From: a virus
Taxonomy: Duplodnaviria; Heunggongvirae; Uroviricota; Caudoviricetes
IMG/VR virus record: IMGVR_UViG_3300041409_000458
DNA length: 64,000 nt
Reading direction: 5' to 3' (one strand)
This document shows positions 34,925 through 44,549 of this stretch, in pieces. A model generated the notes under the pieces. That model was not told where the DNA came from and did not search any database. It worked only from the letters and a program-made list of their open reading frames with translations. Position numbers and translations under genes: made by a program. Every line of letters begins with the position of its first letter. The first letter of the stretch is position 1.

Positions 34925-34951
34925 GCAATCCTTCTTCGAGGGTATAAATAC

Positions 34952-35218
34952 TCAAAGTGAAGATGCTATAAAGCAAGTGATAATACTCGCAGTAAATATT
35001 CTTTTCCAAGCTTTTAACCAAACCATCCATTCATTATATGGAGTAGATTGATTTTCAGGTGTGCCTTGTCTGGCAGCATCTGAAACATTAGTTGTTGAAA
35101 TAAAATACCCAACTATAGAGGCTATTAAACCTATTAGAGTAAGGATTGCTATAGTTCCAAAGACCAGTTTTACTGAGTCTGCTATTGACATCCAGTAAAA
35201 TACTTTATACCAATTCAT
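34952..35218 (-). CDS. small membrane protein
   Basis: 88 aa; two hydrophobic helices. Confidence 0.3.
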   Translation of the reverse strand: MNWYKVFYWMSIADSVKLVFGTIAILTLIGLIASIVGYFISTTNVSDAARQGTPENQSTPYNEWMVWLKAWKRIFTASIITCFIASSL

Positions 35219-35292
35219 AGTTATTATTTAAAAGTTTAATAAAAGGAGGAGGACCGTCTTAAAACGAATGCCAACGACCCCCTCCAGTTTCT

Positions 35293-35748
35293 TTATGCTT
35301 TACGGTACATTCTTACAGCCGTGTTGTTTCCAGCAATATTGGTAAAACCAAATTTATGCCGGGGAAATCTTTGAGTTGCAACTTCCATTGCAGCTACTTT
35401 ATCAGCTCTGTGAATATTCAAAGCATATCTTCCAACTTCCATCTTCCTCATGCTCGGAACCAGTTTCTCCATATTTGCTATCCTTAAAGCCTTATCATTC
35501 CTTGCGGAAATGATTATATCTTCAAGGATATACAGGACTACACCTTGTGGTTTTGATACCGGTTTATTCTTACCTAAGGGTCTTTCCTTCTTTTTCAAAC
35601 GGTAGTTCCAAATTGCATATAATTTGGGATATGTTGTACCCCATTGCTTTGCCAAGGCTTCAAGTTTAACTTTAGAGCCTTCGTCTCTCTTAATTACATC
35701 AAGATACGTTCCTTGCGTTTTGGAAAGCTTAAATGTTTGTTTTGACAT
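35293..35748 (-). CDS. hypothetical protein
   Basis: 151 aa ORF. Confidence 0.35.
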   Translation of the reverse strand: MSKQTFKLSKTQGTYLDVIKRDEGSKVKLEALAKQWGTTYPKLYAIWNYRLKKKERPLGKNKPVSKPQGVVLYILEDIIISARNDKALRIANMEKLVPSMRKMEVGRYALNIHRADKVAAMEVATQRFPRHKFGFTNIAGNNTAVRMYRKA

Positions 35749-35771
35749 TGTTTTAATTTATGGTTAGATAA

Positions 35772-36038
35772 TTAGGTGACGGGGTTGGTATTTATTGTCC
35801 TTGCAATTGCTTCAGGGTCAGGATTGTCTCTCAATTTGGCTATATCTTCAACCAAATCTGCACTGCTGTAATGCCCTTCTAGATTATGTGTGATATCACG
35901 GTTTAAATCAAATAGAGCAGAATATCCAGCTCTGATATCTGGATTATTTAATGCCTCTTGAGAGGCTTTAGCAAGAGGGCAATTCTTATCATCAAAGTAA
36001 TTTGCCCCAAGATGCTTTTTACGTATTATTATTTCCAT
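35772..36038 (-). CDS. hypothetical protein (start moved to internal Met downstream of terminator hairpin)
   Basis: ORF-track start at 36074 is a GTG inside a hairpin/T-tract; MEIIIRKKHLG at 36038 is a more plausible start. Confidence 0.3.
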   Translation of the reverse strand: MEIIIRKKHLGANYFDDKNCPLAKASQEALNNPDIRAGYSALFDLNRDITHNLEGHYSSADLVEDIAKLRDNPDPEAIARTINTNPVT

Positions 36039-36055
36039 GATTGTTATTTTAAAGT

Positions 36056-36100
36056 TAAAAAATGCATCCTTCACTGTTTCTCAAACCAGTAGAAGGATGC
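36056..36100 (-). terminator. rho-independent terminator
   Basis: gcatccttcactgtttctcaaaccagtagaaggatgc (9 bp stem) followed by T-tract in minus sense. Confidence 0.45.
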
Positions 36101-36378
36101 ATCAAGAGAATTCAGTGAGCATTCAAACACCATTCTGTTTACACTGTCACCGTGGTTCAACCACATAGAGCCTGAGAGCCCTATCCCCATCTTTCCTAAC
36201 TTCTCAGGGTCAGTTATATGGGCTTTTGTGTGTCACAACTATTTAAAACATCTATACTTGGGTTTTCTGCACCTACAGATTTACTCCGGAGTAGACTAGC
36301 GAGCTCCAATATTCGTACACCGATTAACCAAGAGCAACCAAGGACAGCGGAATACTTCCATCTTACAGGATATAGATA

Positions 36379-36663
36379 TTAATCTTCTTTATTTCTCTCT
36401 TTCCATTCTTCATAAGCTTTCAGAAATGGAACGTATGCTATTTTAGCATCTTCACCAAATTCTGCAATCATCCAGTTTTTCTGTTCCTCCTGACTCTTTG
36501 CTCTTTCTGGATATTCTTCATCTAAAGGTGGGTATCTGGTAGCATTATATGGATTAGATACAGCTATATATGACATACTTGCCAGATACAAGGGATTTCT
36601 GTCTTTAAATTCTACCTGTAGGACAGTTCTTGCACTATCAGGTATTTCTATTACATGTTTCAT
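36379..36663 (-). CDS. hypothetical protein
   Basis: ORF 36379..36690; start trimmed to internal Met MKHVIE to avoid overlap with tRNA-like element. Confidence 0.3.
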   Translation of the reverse strand: MKHVIEIPDSARTVLQVEFKDRNPLYLASMSYIAVSNPYNATRYPPLDEEYPERAKSQEEQKNWMIAEFGEDAKIAYVPFLKAYEEWKERNKED

Positions 36664-36681
36664 TTTAGTTGATTTATTTTG

Positions 36682-36750
36682 TAGAGGCACCGAGATTCGA
36701 ACTCAGATTTCTCCCTCGCAGGAGCGTCCTAGCCATTAAACTATACCTCT
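36682..36750 (-). ncRNA. tRNA-like element lacking an anticodon loop (anticodon arm replaced by a GCGA tetraloop hairpin)
   Basis: Acceptor AGAGGTA/TGCCTCT (6 WC + 1 GU), D-arm GTTT-AATGGCTA-GGAC, T-arm CTGAG-TTCGAAT-CTCGG; middle arm CTCCT-GCGA-GGGAG is a 5 bp stem (4 WC + 1 GU) with GNRA tetraloop. Confidence 0.4.
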
Positions 36751-36808
36751 GTTTTAGAAGAAACCCCTCACTGCCAGCGCATATATTGGGGTTTCAACTA
36801 AAAAGTAT

Positions 36809-37171
36809 TTATCGTTCTTCAAATGAGAACAGGAATCTATGACCTTTTGAGCCATCCGGATAAGTATTTTGAGGATATGCTACTGGCATATCAAGCACAG
36901 GCATTACTCTCATTACCATGTGGAATTTCTCCCTATCCGCTAACTCAATATCATTTAACTTACTAAACCATGTAGCAGTTACAGTCTGTGCCTGTATTGC
37001 TAATGCATTCGGTTCGTTGATTTGCTTGAGTGCAGAAACAAGGTCAGTACAATCCTTAACCTTTATTATTGGGTCAAACATTGCTTCTATTACAACTCCA
37101 TCCTTGTCTTGGACTATTGTTGCGATTCCTACTTGTATTTTTATTTTCTTCTTTTCTATTATCGCTTCCAT
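36809..37171 (-). CDS. hypothetical protein
   Basis: 120 aa ORF. Confidence 0.3.
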   Translation of the reverse strand: MEAIIEKKKIKIQVGIATIVQDKDGVVIEAMFDPIIKVKDCTDLVSALKQINEPNALAIQAQTVTATWFSKLNDIELADREKFHMVMRVMPVLDMPVAYPQNTYPDGSKGHRFLFSFEER

Positions 37172-37176
37172 TCTTT

Positions 37177-38091
37177 TTAGTTTATAAAGTTATAGGGACG
37201 GTTATCTTTGTACTGTAGCTCATATCCAGCAGCAATTGCATCTTTCTTGTGGATTGTAACAAAATCTCCATTTTCCAATAATAATGCAGCGTGCCAAGGT
37301 GAATGTTTGGCTTTACCCTGTTTTGAAGGTATTAGCTGAAATGAGTACTTTGCTCCACTGTTGACAGAAGGATGCATTGATAAACGTATGTGTTGCTTAA
37401 ACTCCTGTCTCACAAGTCCTGAATAAGCTTCATTACGTAACATCATCTCTCTTGTCAAAGCTTTTGCTGCTTTCTGCCTTTGGTTATTCGAAGGATATTC
37501 TTTGATAGCTTCCTCTTGTTGCATGAATATTGTCATACCTTTGTACAAGTAATTCACATCATTATCAAATAATATTCTTCTCTGTAATTCCTCTGGAGAG
37601 ATTCCGAATTGGGCTACTATCTTCTCCCTGATGGTAGATTTAGTCAACTTCTTGCTATAGAAGTGAGTCATATCAAACCATGTCATTGGAGCAACTTTAC
37701 TCATATCTATTGACATTTCTTCATATTGTTCAACGGTCCTGTCTTCAATACTCAGAATATCATTAAAAATGAACCCATCAGAAACAATTGTCATATTTAC
37801 TCCCGGAGGATACAAAGCACGAATGCAAGCATCAAAGTTAGCAAAGTTTTGAAAGGCTACCTGCTCAGCCATATCTGGTAGAGTTCCTAATACTTTATCA
37901 CGGTCATTCTTGCTTTTCATAGGAAAACCAAGCATAACAAATGATATTGGAAGATTCTTTGAAATAAACCAAAGAATTTTCTCGTACAGAACAGCTTTAC
38001 CAGTTTGCTCATATTGGTCATCAGCCATTGGAGCCATCTTGAATGCTTCGAAAGCACTGAGAATAGCAGTAGTTAAAAGTATGTGTTCCAT
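37177..38091 (-). CDS. Dit1/PvcA-like (isonitrile-synthase family) protein, tentative
   Basis: 304 aa; segment ISFVMLGFPMKSKNDRDKVLGTLPDMAEQVAFQNF...LYPPGVNMTIVSDGFIFNDILSIEDRTVEQYEEM resembles the conserved FPFKSPN...LPD.gE...YpPG...SDG.vf.D..gv.D core of the Dit1/PvcA family; recalled from memory. Confidence 0.35.
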   Translation of the reverse strand: MEHILLTTAILSAFEAFKMAPMADDQYEQTGKAVLYEKILWFISKNLPISFVMLGFPMKSKNDRDKVLGTLPDMAEQVAFQNFANFDACIRALYPPGVNMTIVSDGFIFNDILSIEDRTVEQYEEMSIDMSKVAPMTWFDMTHFYSKKLTKSTIREKIVAQFGISPEELQRRILFDNDVNYLYKGMTIFMQQEEAIKEYPSNNQRQKAAKALTREMMLRNEAYSGLVRQEFKQHIRLSMHPSVNSGAKYSFQLIPSKQGKAKHSPWHAALLLENGDFVTIHKKDAIAAGYELQYKDNRPYNFIN

Positions 38092-38093
38092 AT

Positions 38094-38594
38094 TTAAGCT
38101 GTTTTAGAGGTTAAATATTCAACTTTCCTTCCTTCTACCTTCATCTCATTAAATGCATGAAAAGCATCACGTAAACGTGGGCTTAAATGCAATAGAATGG
38201 TACCATTCATTGGTTCAAACAAATCCAATAAACTATAACCATTTGGAGATGCTGCTATAGCCATGGTTTCTGGTCTTACCCCATGCTCCTTGTTGGTAAT
38301 TGGTCCAGATATTATCACAAAATGGTCTCCCATAGTTGTAACATTCTCCGAACGTACCATTAAGACTTCACCAATGCGTAAATAATTGGCCTCAAATGTG
38401 GTCAATTGCTTAACATCTTCGACAGTCATATAATTCACATCTTCAAAATACTGTGTTTTGAAAGATATCACTTTGTCATGAGCAAGAGGGTGCAAATCCG
38501 TCTTTTTGTCAGTAAACTGTCTCATGATACTAACTGGGAAGTGCATAGAGCCAAGTCCTCCCAGTTTTCCGAAATGCAGGTAATGTGTATGCAT
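38094..38594 (-). CDS. hypothetical protein (possible small cupin-like metalloenzyme)
   Basis: 166 aa; His-rich N-terminus MHTHYLHFG and HPLAHD motif; beta-rich. Confidence 0.25.
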   Translation of the reverse strand: MHTHYLHFGKLGGLGSMHFPVSIMRQFTDKKTDLHPLAHDKVISFKTQYFEDVNYMTVEDVKQLTTFEANYLRIGEVLMVRSENVTTMGDHFVIISGPITNKEHGVRPETMAIAASPNGYSLLDLFEPMNGTILLHLSPRLRDAFHAFNEMKVEGRKVEYLTSKTA

Positions 38595-38647
38595 AATAGG
38601 TTTTGTTTTACGTCCTCCTACAGACGCTTTTTAGTTGAAAATAGTAT

Positions 38648-39286
38648 TTAATTCTCCTTCAGATACATTTTATATGTCTTCCCGGTCTTTTTGCTCATTT
38701 TAACTACATATCTCTTCCCTTCATAAGTTTGATACACTCTATATACTAACCCTTTTGAGTCAGTATAAGTATACTTTGTTGGTATATCAGGCTTTTTAGC
38801 AGGTGTAACAGATATGTAATTACCAAGACTGTCTCTTTTTACATTCTGAGAGAAAGCTGGAAGAGATAACATTAGTACAAGCATTACAATCAAGGTTTTA
38901 ATTTGATTAAAGTATTTCTTGTATAATTTACCTGTATTACCATTAATTCTCCATATATATGTTCCTCCATCAGGACCTTCTATTAGATTATTTGGAGTAA
39001 CAGATTCAGTGTGAGAAGAAGCAACCTTAATATGAGTCAATCTTGGAGCTGCTACATACAGCTTATTTCTCATATCAATCGCTTTTTTACGAGTATACTC
39101 GTCTTCAGTTTGTATTTTTGCCAGAGGAATAGTTAAATTCTTTTGCATGGCATATATCGTTGTAATCATAATTTCTTTTTTAGTTGTGAAGAAAAAAGAG
39201 GAGAGCATAGAAATGCTCCCCGTTACCAAAACTAACTGCTTGTGAAAACGTATTTTAAGGTAAAGGAACCTCCTCCAAAGGCTCAA
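38648..39286 (-). CDS. membrane-anchored hypothetical protein
   Basis: 212 aa; N-terminal and central hydrophobic helices. Confidence 0.35.
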   Translation of the reverse strand: MSLWRRFLYLKIRFHKQLVLVTGSISMLSSFFFTTKKEIMITTIYAMQKNLTIPLAKIQTEDEYTRKKAIDMRNKLYVAAPRLTHIKVASSHTESVTPNNLIEGPDGGTYIWRINGNTGKLYKKYFNQIKTLIVMLVLMLSLPAFSQNVKRDSLGNYISVTPAKKPDIPTKYTYTDSKGLVYRVYQTYEGKRYVVKMSKKTGKTYKMYLKEN

Positions 39287-39482
39287 GGGCTATAATTTTA
39301 TAATTACGCCATTCTCCCAGTCTCAAGTTGTGCAGAAACCAACTTAAGTCATCATGCTTATTACCAGCATCATCAACCAAACCTTTAACTTCTACATCAA
39401 GTCCACCAAAGGTCTCTTCTGATGTAACAACACCTTTGTGTTCCTTACCATCAATTTCAATTGTGATTCTTTGTTTTTTCAT
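39255..39482 (-). CDS. hypothetical protein
   Basis: 75 aa ORF. Confidence 0.3.
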   Translation of the reverse strand: MKKQRITIEIDGKEHKGVVTSEETFGGLDVEVKGLVDDAGNKHDDLSWFLHNLRLGEWRNYKIIALEPLEEVPLP

Positions 39483-39498
39483 TTTTGTATTTTTTGAT

Positions 39499-40137
39499 TT
39501 AAGATACTATTTGAAATGCTCCCTGCAAAGTTTCTTCAAGATTACTGAAGGTTGTAATATCAATAAGTCCCAAATTCTTAATTTTAGGGGGATTTTGCCT
39601 GACTGCTGCAAAAAATACATCAATGTACTCTATATCGTTATATATATATGCACTTAACAATTCAGCTATTCCCCCAGTTCTTGGTATTGCTATAACAGGT
39701 ATTCCATTCTGTAATAACATAACAGCTTCATGAAGCGTACCAATCCCACCATTCATAACAATAGCAATATCAACCGATTTAGCTAAGAATTCTCTTCTTT
39801 CAGCCATATTATTACCTGCTGAAATTACCTGTATGGTCTTCTTTGTTAGCTTAGATACAATTTGATATGCTTCAGGTAAATGGTATGGAGTATTGATTAC
39901 CTCTTTATTCTTACCTATACTTTGAGTTTGTTTGGGAATGATACATTCAAAAGTGCCTTTTGAGGGTGTAAGACCAAATCCTGTAAATACATCAAGACCT
40001 ACTCCTTCTACTCCTCCGGTGATTAATACATCACCTTTTTTCATCATCTTTGCGATGATATTACCTACTCTTATACCCATTGACGAGTCATAAGAATAGT
40101 CAGGTACCTGAGCACCAATTACTACTATTCTACTCAT
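39499..40137 (-). CDS. LOG-family (SLOG / TIGR00730-like) Rossmann-fold nucleotide-binding protein
   Basis: Start placed at MSRIVVIGAQ; motif ERREFLAKSVDIAIVMNGGIGTLHEAVMLL matches the LOG-family PGGxGTxxE signature; N-terminal VVIGA...ITGGVEGVG Rossmann glycine loop. Confidence 0.55.
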   Translation of the reverse strand: MSRIVVIGAQVPDYSYDSSMGIRVGNIIAKMMKKGDVLITGGVEGVGLDVFTGFGLTPSKGTFECIIPKQTQSIGKNKEVINTPYHLPEAYQIVSKLTKKTIQVISAGNNMAERREFLAKSVDIAIVMNGGIGTLHEAVMLLQNGIPVIAIPRTGGIAELLSAYIYNDIEYIDVFFAAVRQNPPKIKNLGLIDITTFSNLEETLQGAFQIVS

Positions 40138-40927
40138 ATAAATGGAAATTTTCAGTTGAGGTAATTTGGTTAAGGTCATTCGGATTGTCATTGTAAATAC
40201 ATGAACCCCATATTTTCAGTGCTCCAAGACTACGAACATAATCCATAGCTTTTGTCATTGAAACACCGTATTGTACGCAGTCATCTATTACTAATACACT
40301 CTTGAGGTTAATAGATTGAGCTATTTCTTCAGCCTTGAAATCAAGAACTGTAACTCTGTCATCACTTCTACGCTTAGAATAGCGTATAAACTGTAGTTCA
40401 TTACCTGTAATACCAGCCAAAGCCATGGCAGGTTCAGATGCACTTGCTGCAATACCAATTATGGTATCATAGTTAACTGAATCACCAGCTTCTTGCAGGT
40501 AATATGCTACATTTGATGCTTCTACAAGGGAGCCAAAATTACCCCGGCTTTTGTAACGATAATCATCATCGTAATTTTTGAGTATTTGCAGAGATGGTAA
40601 CAGATTAGTAACAGTTTCAATTTTACCCTGTCCTAAATAGAAGGATGAGTAGAAATCAATACCAGTTCTAACTATTCTGTCATACAACTCTTCTATTGCA
40701 GGAATTGTGTGATTCTGCAAAAGGTCATATACTCCCTGAAATATACAATGCATAGCATGTCGTGCTTCATTCAGGTCTTTTATATTCTCAGCATAAATGA
40801 GTAGGTCAGTGAAGCTGCTGAAGGACTTGTTATAATAAACACCGTCCGTTGGAATCACGACCCTTGATTTTACAAGCATAAGCTTTCTTTTTAGGCGTTT
40901 GAAAAGTAGTTTTAGTTTTATTTTCAT
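40130..40927 (-). CDS. type I phosphoribosyltransferase-domain protein
   Basis: 265 aa; PRPP-binding motif SVLVIDDCVQYGVSMTKA in C-terminal half; about 130 aa N-terminal extension of unknown function. Confidence 0.55.
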   Translation of the reverse strand: MKIKLKLLFKRLKRKLMLVKSRVVIPTDGVYYNKSFSSFTDLLIYAENIKDLNEARHAMHCIFQGVYDLLQNHTIPAIEELYDRIVRTGIDFYSSFYLGQGKIETVTNLLPSLQILKNYDDDYRYKSRGNFGSLVEASNVAYYLQEAGDSVNYDTIIGIAASASEPAMALAGITGNELQFIRYSKRRSDDRVTVLDFKAEEIAQSINLKSVLVIDDCVQYGVSMTKAMDYVRSLGALKIWGSCIYNDNPNDLNQITSTENFHLYE

Positions 40928-41193
40928 TCAATTCTATTTAAAGAGAGTGTTACTTCATCACCAATCTTCACGTTCATCATATCAACATCAGAATATATCA
41001 TTGAGGTAGCAGATGTTTCAGATGTCATCTTTTCTGTAAACAACCCTGTTTTCATCATCCAACTTCTGTTTGTTATGTCCATTGAAGTCTCAGCCAATAA
41101 TCTGGCAAGAACTCTAGCACCCGGACAATCAAATGGATTCATCTTATTTCCTGTCAAGTCAGACGCAATTATTGTGGTTTTTACTGGGAACAT
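40924..41193 (-). CDS. hypothetical protein
   Basis: 89 aa ORF. Confidence 0.3.
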   Translation of the reverse strand: MFPVKTTIIASDLTGNKMNPFDCPGARVLARLLAETSMDITNRSWMMKTGLFTEKMTSETSATSMIYSDVDMMNVKIGDEVTLSLNRIE

Positions 41194-41546
41194 ATTACAT
41201 TGTTATTATAACGGTTAGTGTAATTGAAGTAAAAATCAATGATAATATCCCATATAATCTGTTCTTGTTAACATAACGATTATATAGAATAAATGCTAAT
41301 ATAGCTTGTGCAGATAGTAGTATTTTAATTAATATCATTGTTTTCTCTTTAGAGATTAAAAATAAACTCCCCATAGAAATGAGGTGTTTTCGCTTGACAT
41401 CACATCCCTGTGACCACCATTCGTCCAGTCCCCCAAACGAACAATTATTTATAGTAAATTCTGAGGATTATTAACTATGGTTTCCCGTGTCTTATCATCT
41501 CCAAAGGTCAATAATATAACCTTGAGTATTGCTCTGAATATTCTTT

Positions 41547-41822
41547 TCATGGTGTTAGCATTTTCTCCTCAAGCTCATCATATTCAGCTTTAGGGTATTT
41601 TAAATGGAGTATATCAAGTTGATAATCAAAGGAATCATCATTGCCTACATATTTGAGGACAGCATGAACGTACTCGCTTGGTTGAACTCCTTTGTATGGA
41701 CAAGTGGTCCATCTGCACTCATGTCCTGATTGAGGCACTTTAGAGCATCCAAATAGTAATAATACAAGTATTACTGCTATTGTAATGATATCTCCTGCTG
41801 TAAAAGTTTTTGTTATTTTCAT
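41547..41822 (-). CDS. lipoprotein
   Basis: 91 aa; signal peptide with lipobox LLLFGCS. Confidence 0.45.
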   Translation of the reverse strand: MKITKTFTAGDIITIAVILVLLLFGCSKVPQSGHECRWTTCPYKGVQPSEYVHAVLKYVGNDDSFDYQLDILHLKYPKAEYDELEEKMLTP

Positions 41823-41837
41823 CTCAATTTGATTTTA

Positions 41838-41876
41838 AAAAAGGAGCCAATAAATATTGACTCCTCTTCTTTTGTT
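41838..41876. terminator. bidirectional rho-independent terminator
   Basis: aaaaaaggagccaataaatattgactcctcttctttt: 9-10 bp stem flanked by A- and T-tracts. Confidence 0.5.
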
Positions 41877-41893
41877 AACCCCTAAAACTACTG

Positions 41894-42106
41894 TTAAACT
41901 TTTGGCCTCCAATGTGTCGGAGTATAATAAACTCTTGTCATATCACCATGTGCCCATATTCCTCCAACAACCATTAAATCTCTTGTGTTACGTACACCTT
42001 CAGTATCATCAATCTTGGTCTCAACTAACTGATAATCAATAGGTTGTTGGTCACTGAGCTTAATCCATTCAGGTAATATTGCAATTTTCCAATTACAATC
42101 CTCCAT
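41894..42106 (-). CDS. hypothetical protein
   Basis: 70 aa ORF. Confidence 0.25.
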   Translation of the reverse strand: MEDCNWKIAILPEWIKLSDQQPIDYQLVETKIDDTEGVRNTRDLMVVGGIWAHGDMTRVYYTPTHWRPKV

Positions 42107-42894
42107 GAATTTAATATATACATCCTCAGCGTATGTTCGGACCTAATAGGTAGAAGCTCCCAATACCGAGATTTAATCAACCCCTGTTCCTTCAAATAAG
42201 GATAATTCAAGGATTTCCAGCTCATTTGTTATGGCTGATGTTGCTGACAGTTCAAAGTAGATGTTCATTTTGGTATAGTTTTGGGATAAATAATCAGTTT
42301 AAAACCATTTGTAATAACCACAACCCTCTTATTAATCTTCCGAGAATTCCAATAAGGCTTAGGAACATCAACATATTCACTCCAACCAGAATGTGTCTTA
42401 TATCTGTATTGCCGGAAGTACTTGGCTTGATATATTACTGTCATATAATTCCATTTATAGTGTAGTTTTTATAATTACTATACATGTAACCAGAATAATA
42501 ATCACAGTTGATAAAGGATATAATGGTCCAAACCATGATATCAAACTAGCTAAAATAGCAATTCCCATTACTACACAAATAGATTTAATCCACTTACTAT
42601 TTAATATTCTCATGTTATTATGATTTAAGGATTGGTTATATTTTGTGGCTCAAAGCCGATGATTTATATTATAGCACTTTAGTTGAATCCCAAATAATAA
42701 CTCTCTCCTCACTATCCCAAACATGTGCCCAGTCATTCTCTATCTTCTTTATATTAGCCTTAGCACCAACAATAGCAGCTGAAACATTATTCCAACTACC
42801 AATAAAGTCATTCATTCCTCCCAAAGGATAGAAATTAGACCCTGCAAATATGAAATATCTCTCGTTCATAATGATAGATTATGTAACCATTCAG

Positions 42895-43254
42895 TCACAG
42901 ATTAGTAATAAGGTCAGCTCTTCCAAGATATGTTAAAGCTTCATTTTCACTCAATTCTTTATTATCAAGGACAAATACAACTTTTTCAAGATATATTGGA
43001 TTATCCAAGATATATAAGAGCTCATGACATGTCCAACTGTTGGTTGAACTATTAAAGGGAAACTTAATGCCATCTAATACAAAATAACACCTACTAAGAG
43101 CTAACTTAACAACTTCAAGAATCCCAGCTGTACCATTAACCAACTCAGCACTTAATACATCATTATCCCAAAAAGGATAAGTAGAAGCATTAAATCTCTT
43201 TTTTAACCCATATGAGTATATAGACATAAATAATCCAAGTATAATTGATTTCAT
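42895..43254 (-). CDS. secreted hypothetical protein
   Basis: 119 aa; N-terminal signal-peptide-like MKSIILGLFMSIYSYG. Confidence 0.3.
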   Translation of the reverse strand: MKSIILGLFMSIYSYGLKKRFNASTYPFWDNDVLSAELVNGTAGILEVVKLALSRCYFVLDGIKFPFNSSTNSWTCHELLYILDNPIYLEKVVFVLDNKELSENEALTYLGRADLITNL

Positions 43255-43714
43255 GTGATAGTATTATGTAGCCACTTGACTACAGATTAGTAATATATTC
43301 ACGACAAACGGATTTGAAATAATCATTACATTTTCCCTCCAGTCAATTGTTGAAAGGGAGAATAGTAACTCATCTCTCAGCTCTATTTCTTCAATTGTTT
43401 TGCAATAATAATCATTTTCAACTCAGATAACTCATTAGGAGTCAATCCTTTAGTGAGGTTTTGTAGTTTAACTGTCTGTTGGAGTTGAGCAGTTGTCTTA
43501 TCTTTGATGTACATGATTGAGTATTTAGTTTTGATTAAAGAAATGAGCAGCATAATACTGCCCATTTTTATTTCCGAGGTTTATATTTGTTGATTAACGA
43601 TAAATTACTAACGGTTGAATGTTGATATTTTCCGGGATTTAATAAATTGATATTCTTGATAACTTCTTGAGTGCCAATAGATTACAAGGATTATCTTCGT
43701 CTATCCCTAATTTG

Positions 43715-43786
43715 TGGTAAGAGTATGAATCGAACATACCCACAGAGCTTTTCAGACTCTTGCTCTACCTGCTGAGCTATCTTACC
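43715..43786 (-). tRNA. tRNA-Phe (GAA)
   Basis: Canonical cloverleaf: acceptor GGTAAGA/TCTTACC, D-arm GCTC-AGCAGGTA-GAGC, anticodon loop CTGAAAA (U33, GAA, A37), T-arm GTATG-TTCGATT-CATAC, discriminator A. Confidence 0.75.
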
Positions 43787-43928
43787 AGTTAAAAACTCTC
43801 TTGAGAACATGATACTTTGGCTGCTTATTGCACAACGGCTAATGCATATCATATTCTCAAGAGAGGTAAATAATAACACGTACTTCGGCTTGGGACCCGA
43901 AACTATTCGTTTCCCCCAAGCCTCGTAC

Positions 43929-43950
43929 GAAAAAAGGGGCTGAGCCCCTT
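43929..43950 (-). terminator. rho-independent terminator at end of minus-strand block
   Basis: aaaaaaggggctgagcccctt hairpin with T-tract in minus sense. Confidence 0.45.
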
Positions 43951-43952
43951 AA

Positions 43953-44402
43953 TTATGGTCCTACTACCACTTCAGTCTTAACCGCAGATTCCAGAGTATC
44001 AAAGGTGATACCAGATGGTTTACCAAATGAAATGTATTTAGCCCCTGTATAAGGATATTCTCCTTCAACATCACCTTCACCGAACTTGTTGCGAACATAA
44101 AACTCACCATCCAATAACCCATCAGGATTCTCATCCAGCTCTTCGCTGAAACCCCGGCTCATTGGAAATGCAACACGCTTGTCTTTGAATTCAAGCACCA
44201 GATTGGTTATCTCTGTGCCATCTTCCAATGCCTTCTTACCCACTGCAATGTCAATGAGCTTGCCATCATACTTAAGGTCAATGTCAACTAATGATTTACC
44301 ATCAAAGGATAAGAACTCCTTGATTGTCTCATCAGTTTGGTTGGCAAGGACATTCCTTTTGCCCCTTGCTTCTGCTCCCGGTTTTGCTTTAATTAAAGCC
44401 AT
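43953..44402 (-). CDS. hypothetical protein (last gene of minus-strand block)
   Basis: 149 aa acidic ORF. Confidence 0.4.
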   Translation of the reverse strand: MALIKAKPGAEARGKRNVLANQTDETIKEFLSFDGKSLVDIDLKYDGKLIDIAVGKKALEDGTEITNLVLEFKDKRVAFPMSRGFSEELDENPDGLLDGEFYVRNKFGEGDVEGEYPYTGAKYISFGKPSGITFDTLESAVKTEVVVGP

Positions 44403-44549
44403 AGTTGTAAAATTTAGTGTTTGAAATAATTTGATAGGGGGTACTCGGCATACCCTATTCCAAGTAGTTGTTTAAAGTGGAAGTGCTCTCCAGAATTCTG
44501 CTCATAAAAAATTTTACAAAAAAATTTTATACTAGATATTGTTAAAGCA

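Noticed and set aside
43691-43879. 62 aa minus-strand ORF
   Set aside because: Overlaps the canonical tRNA-Phe(GAA) gene at 43715..43786; spurious.
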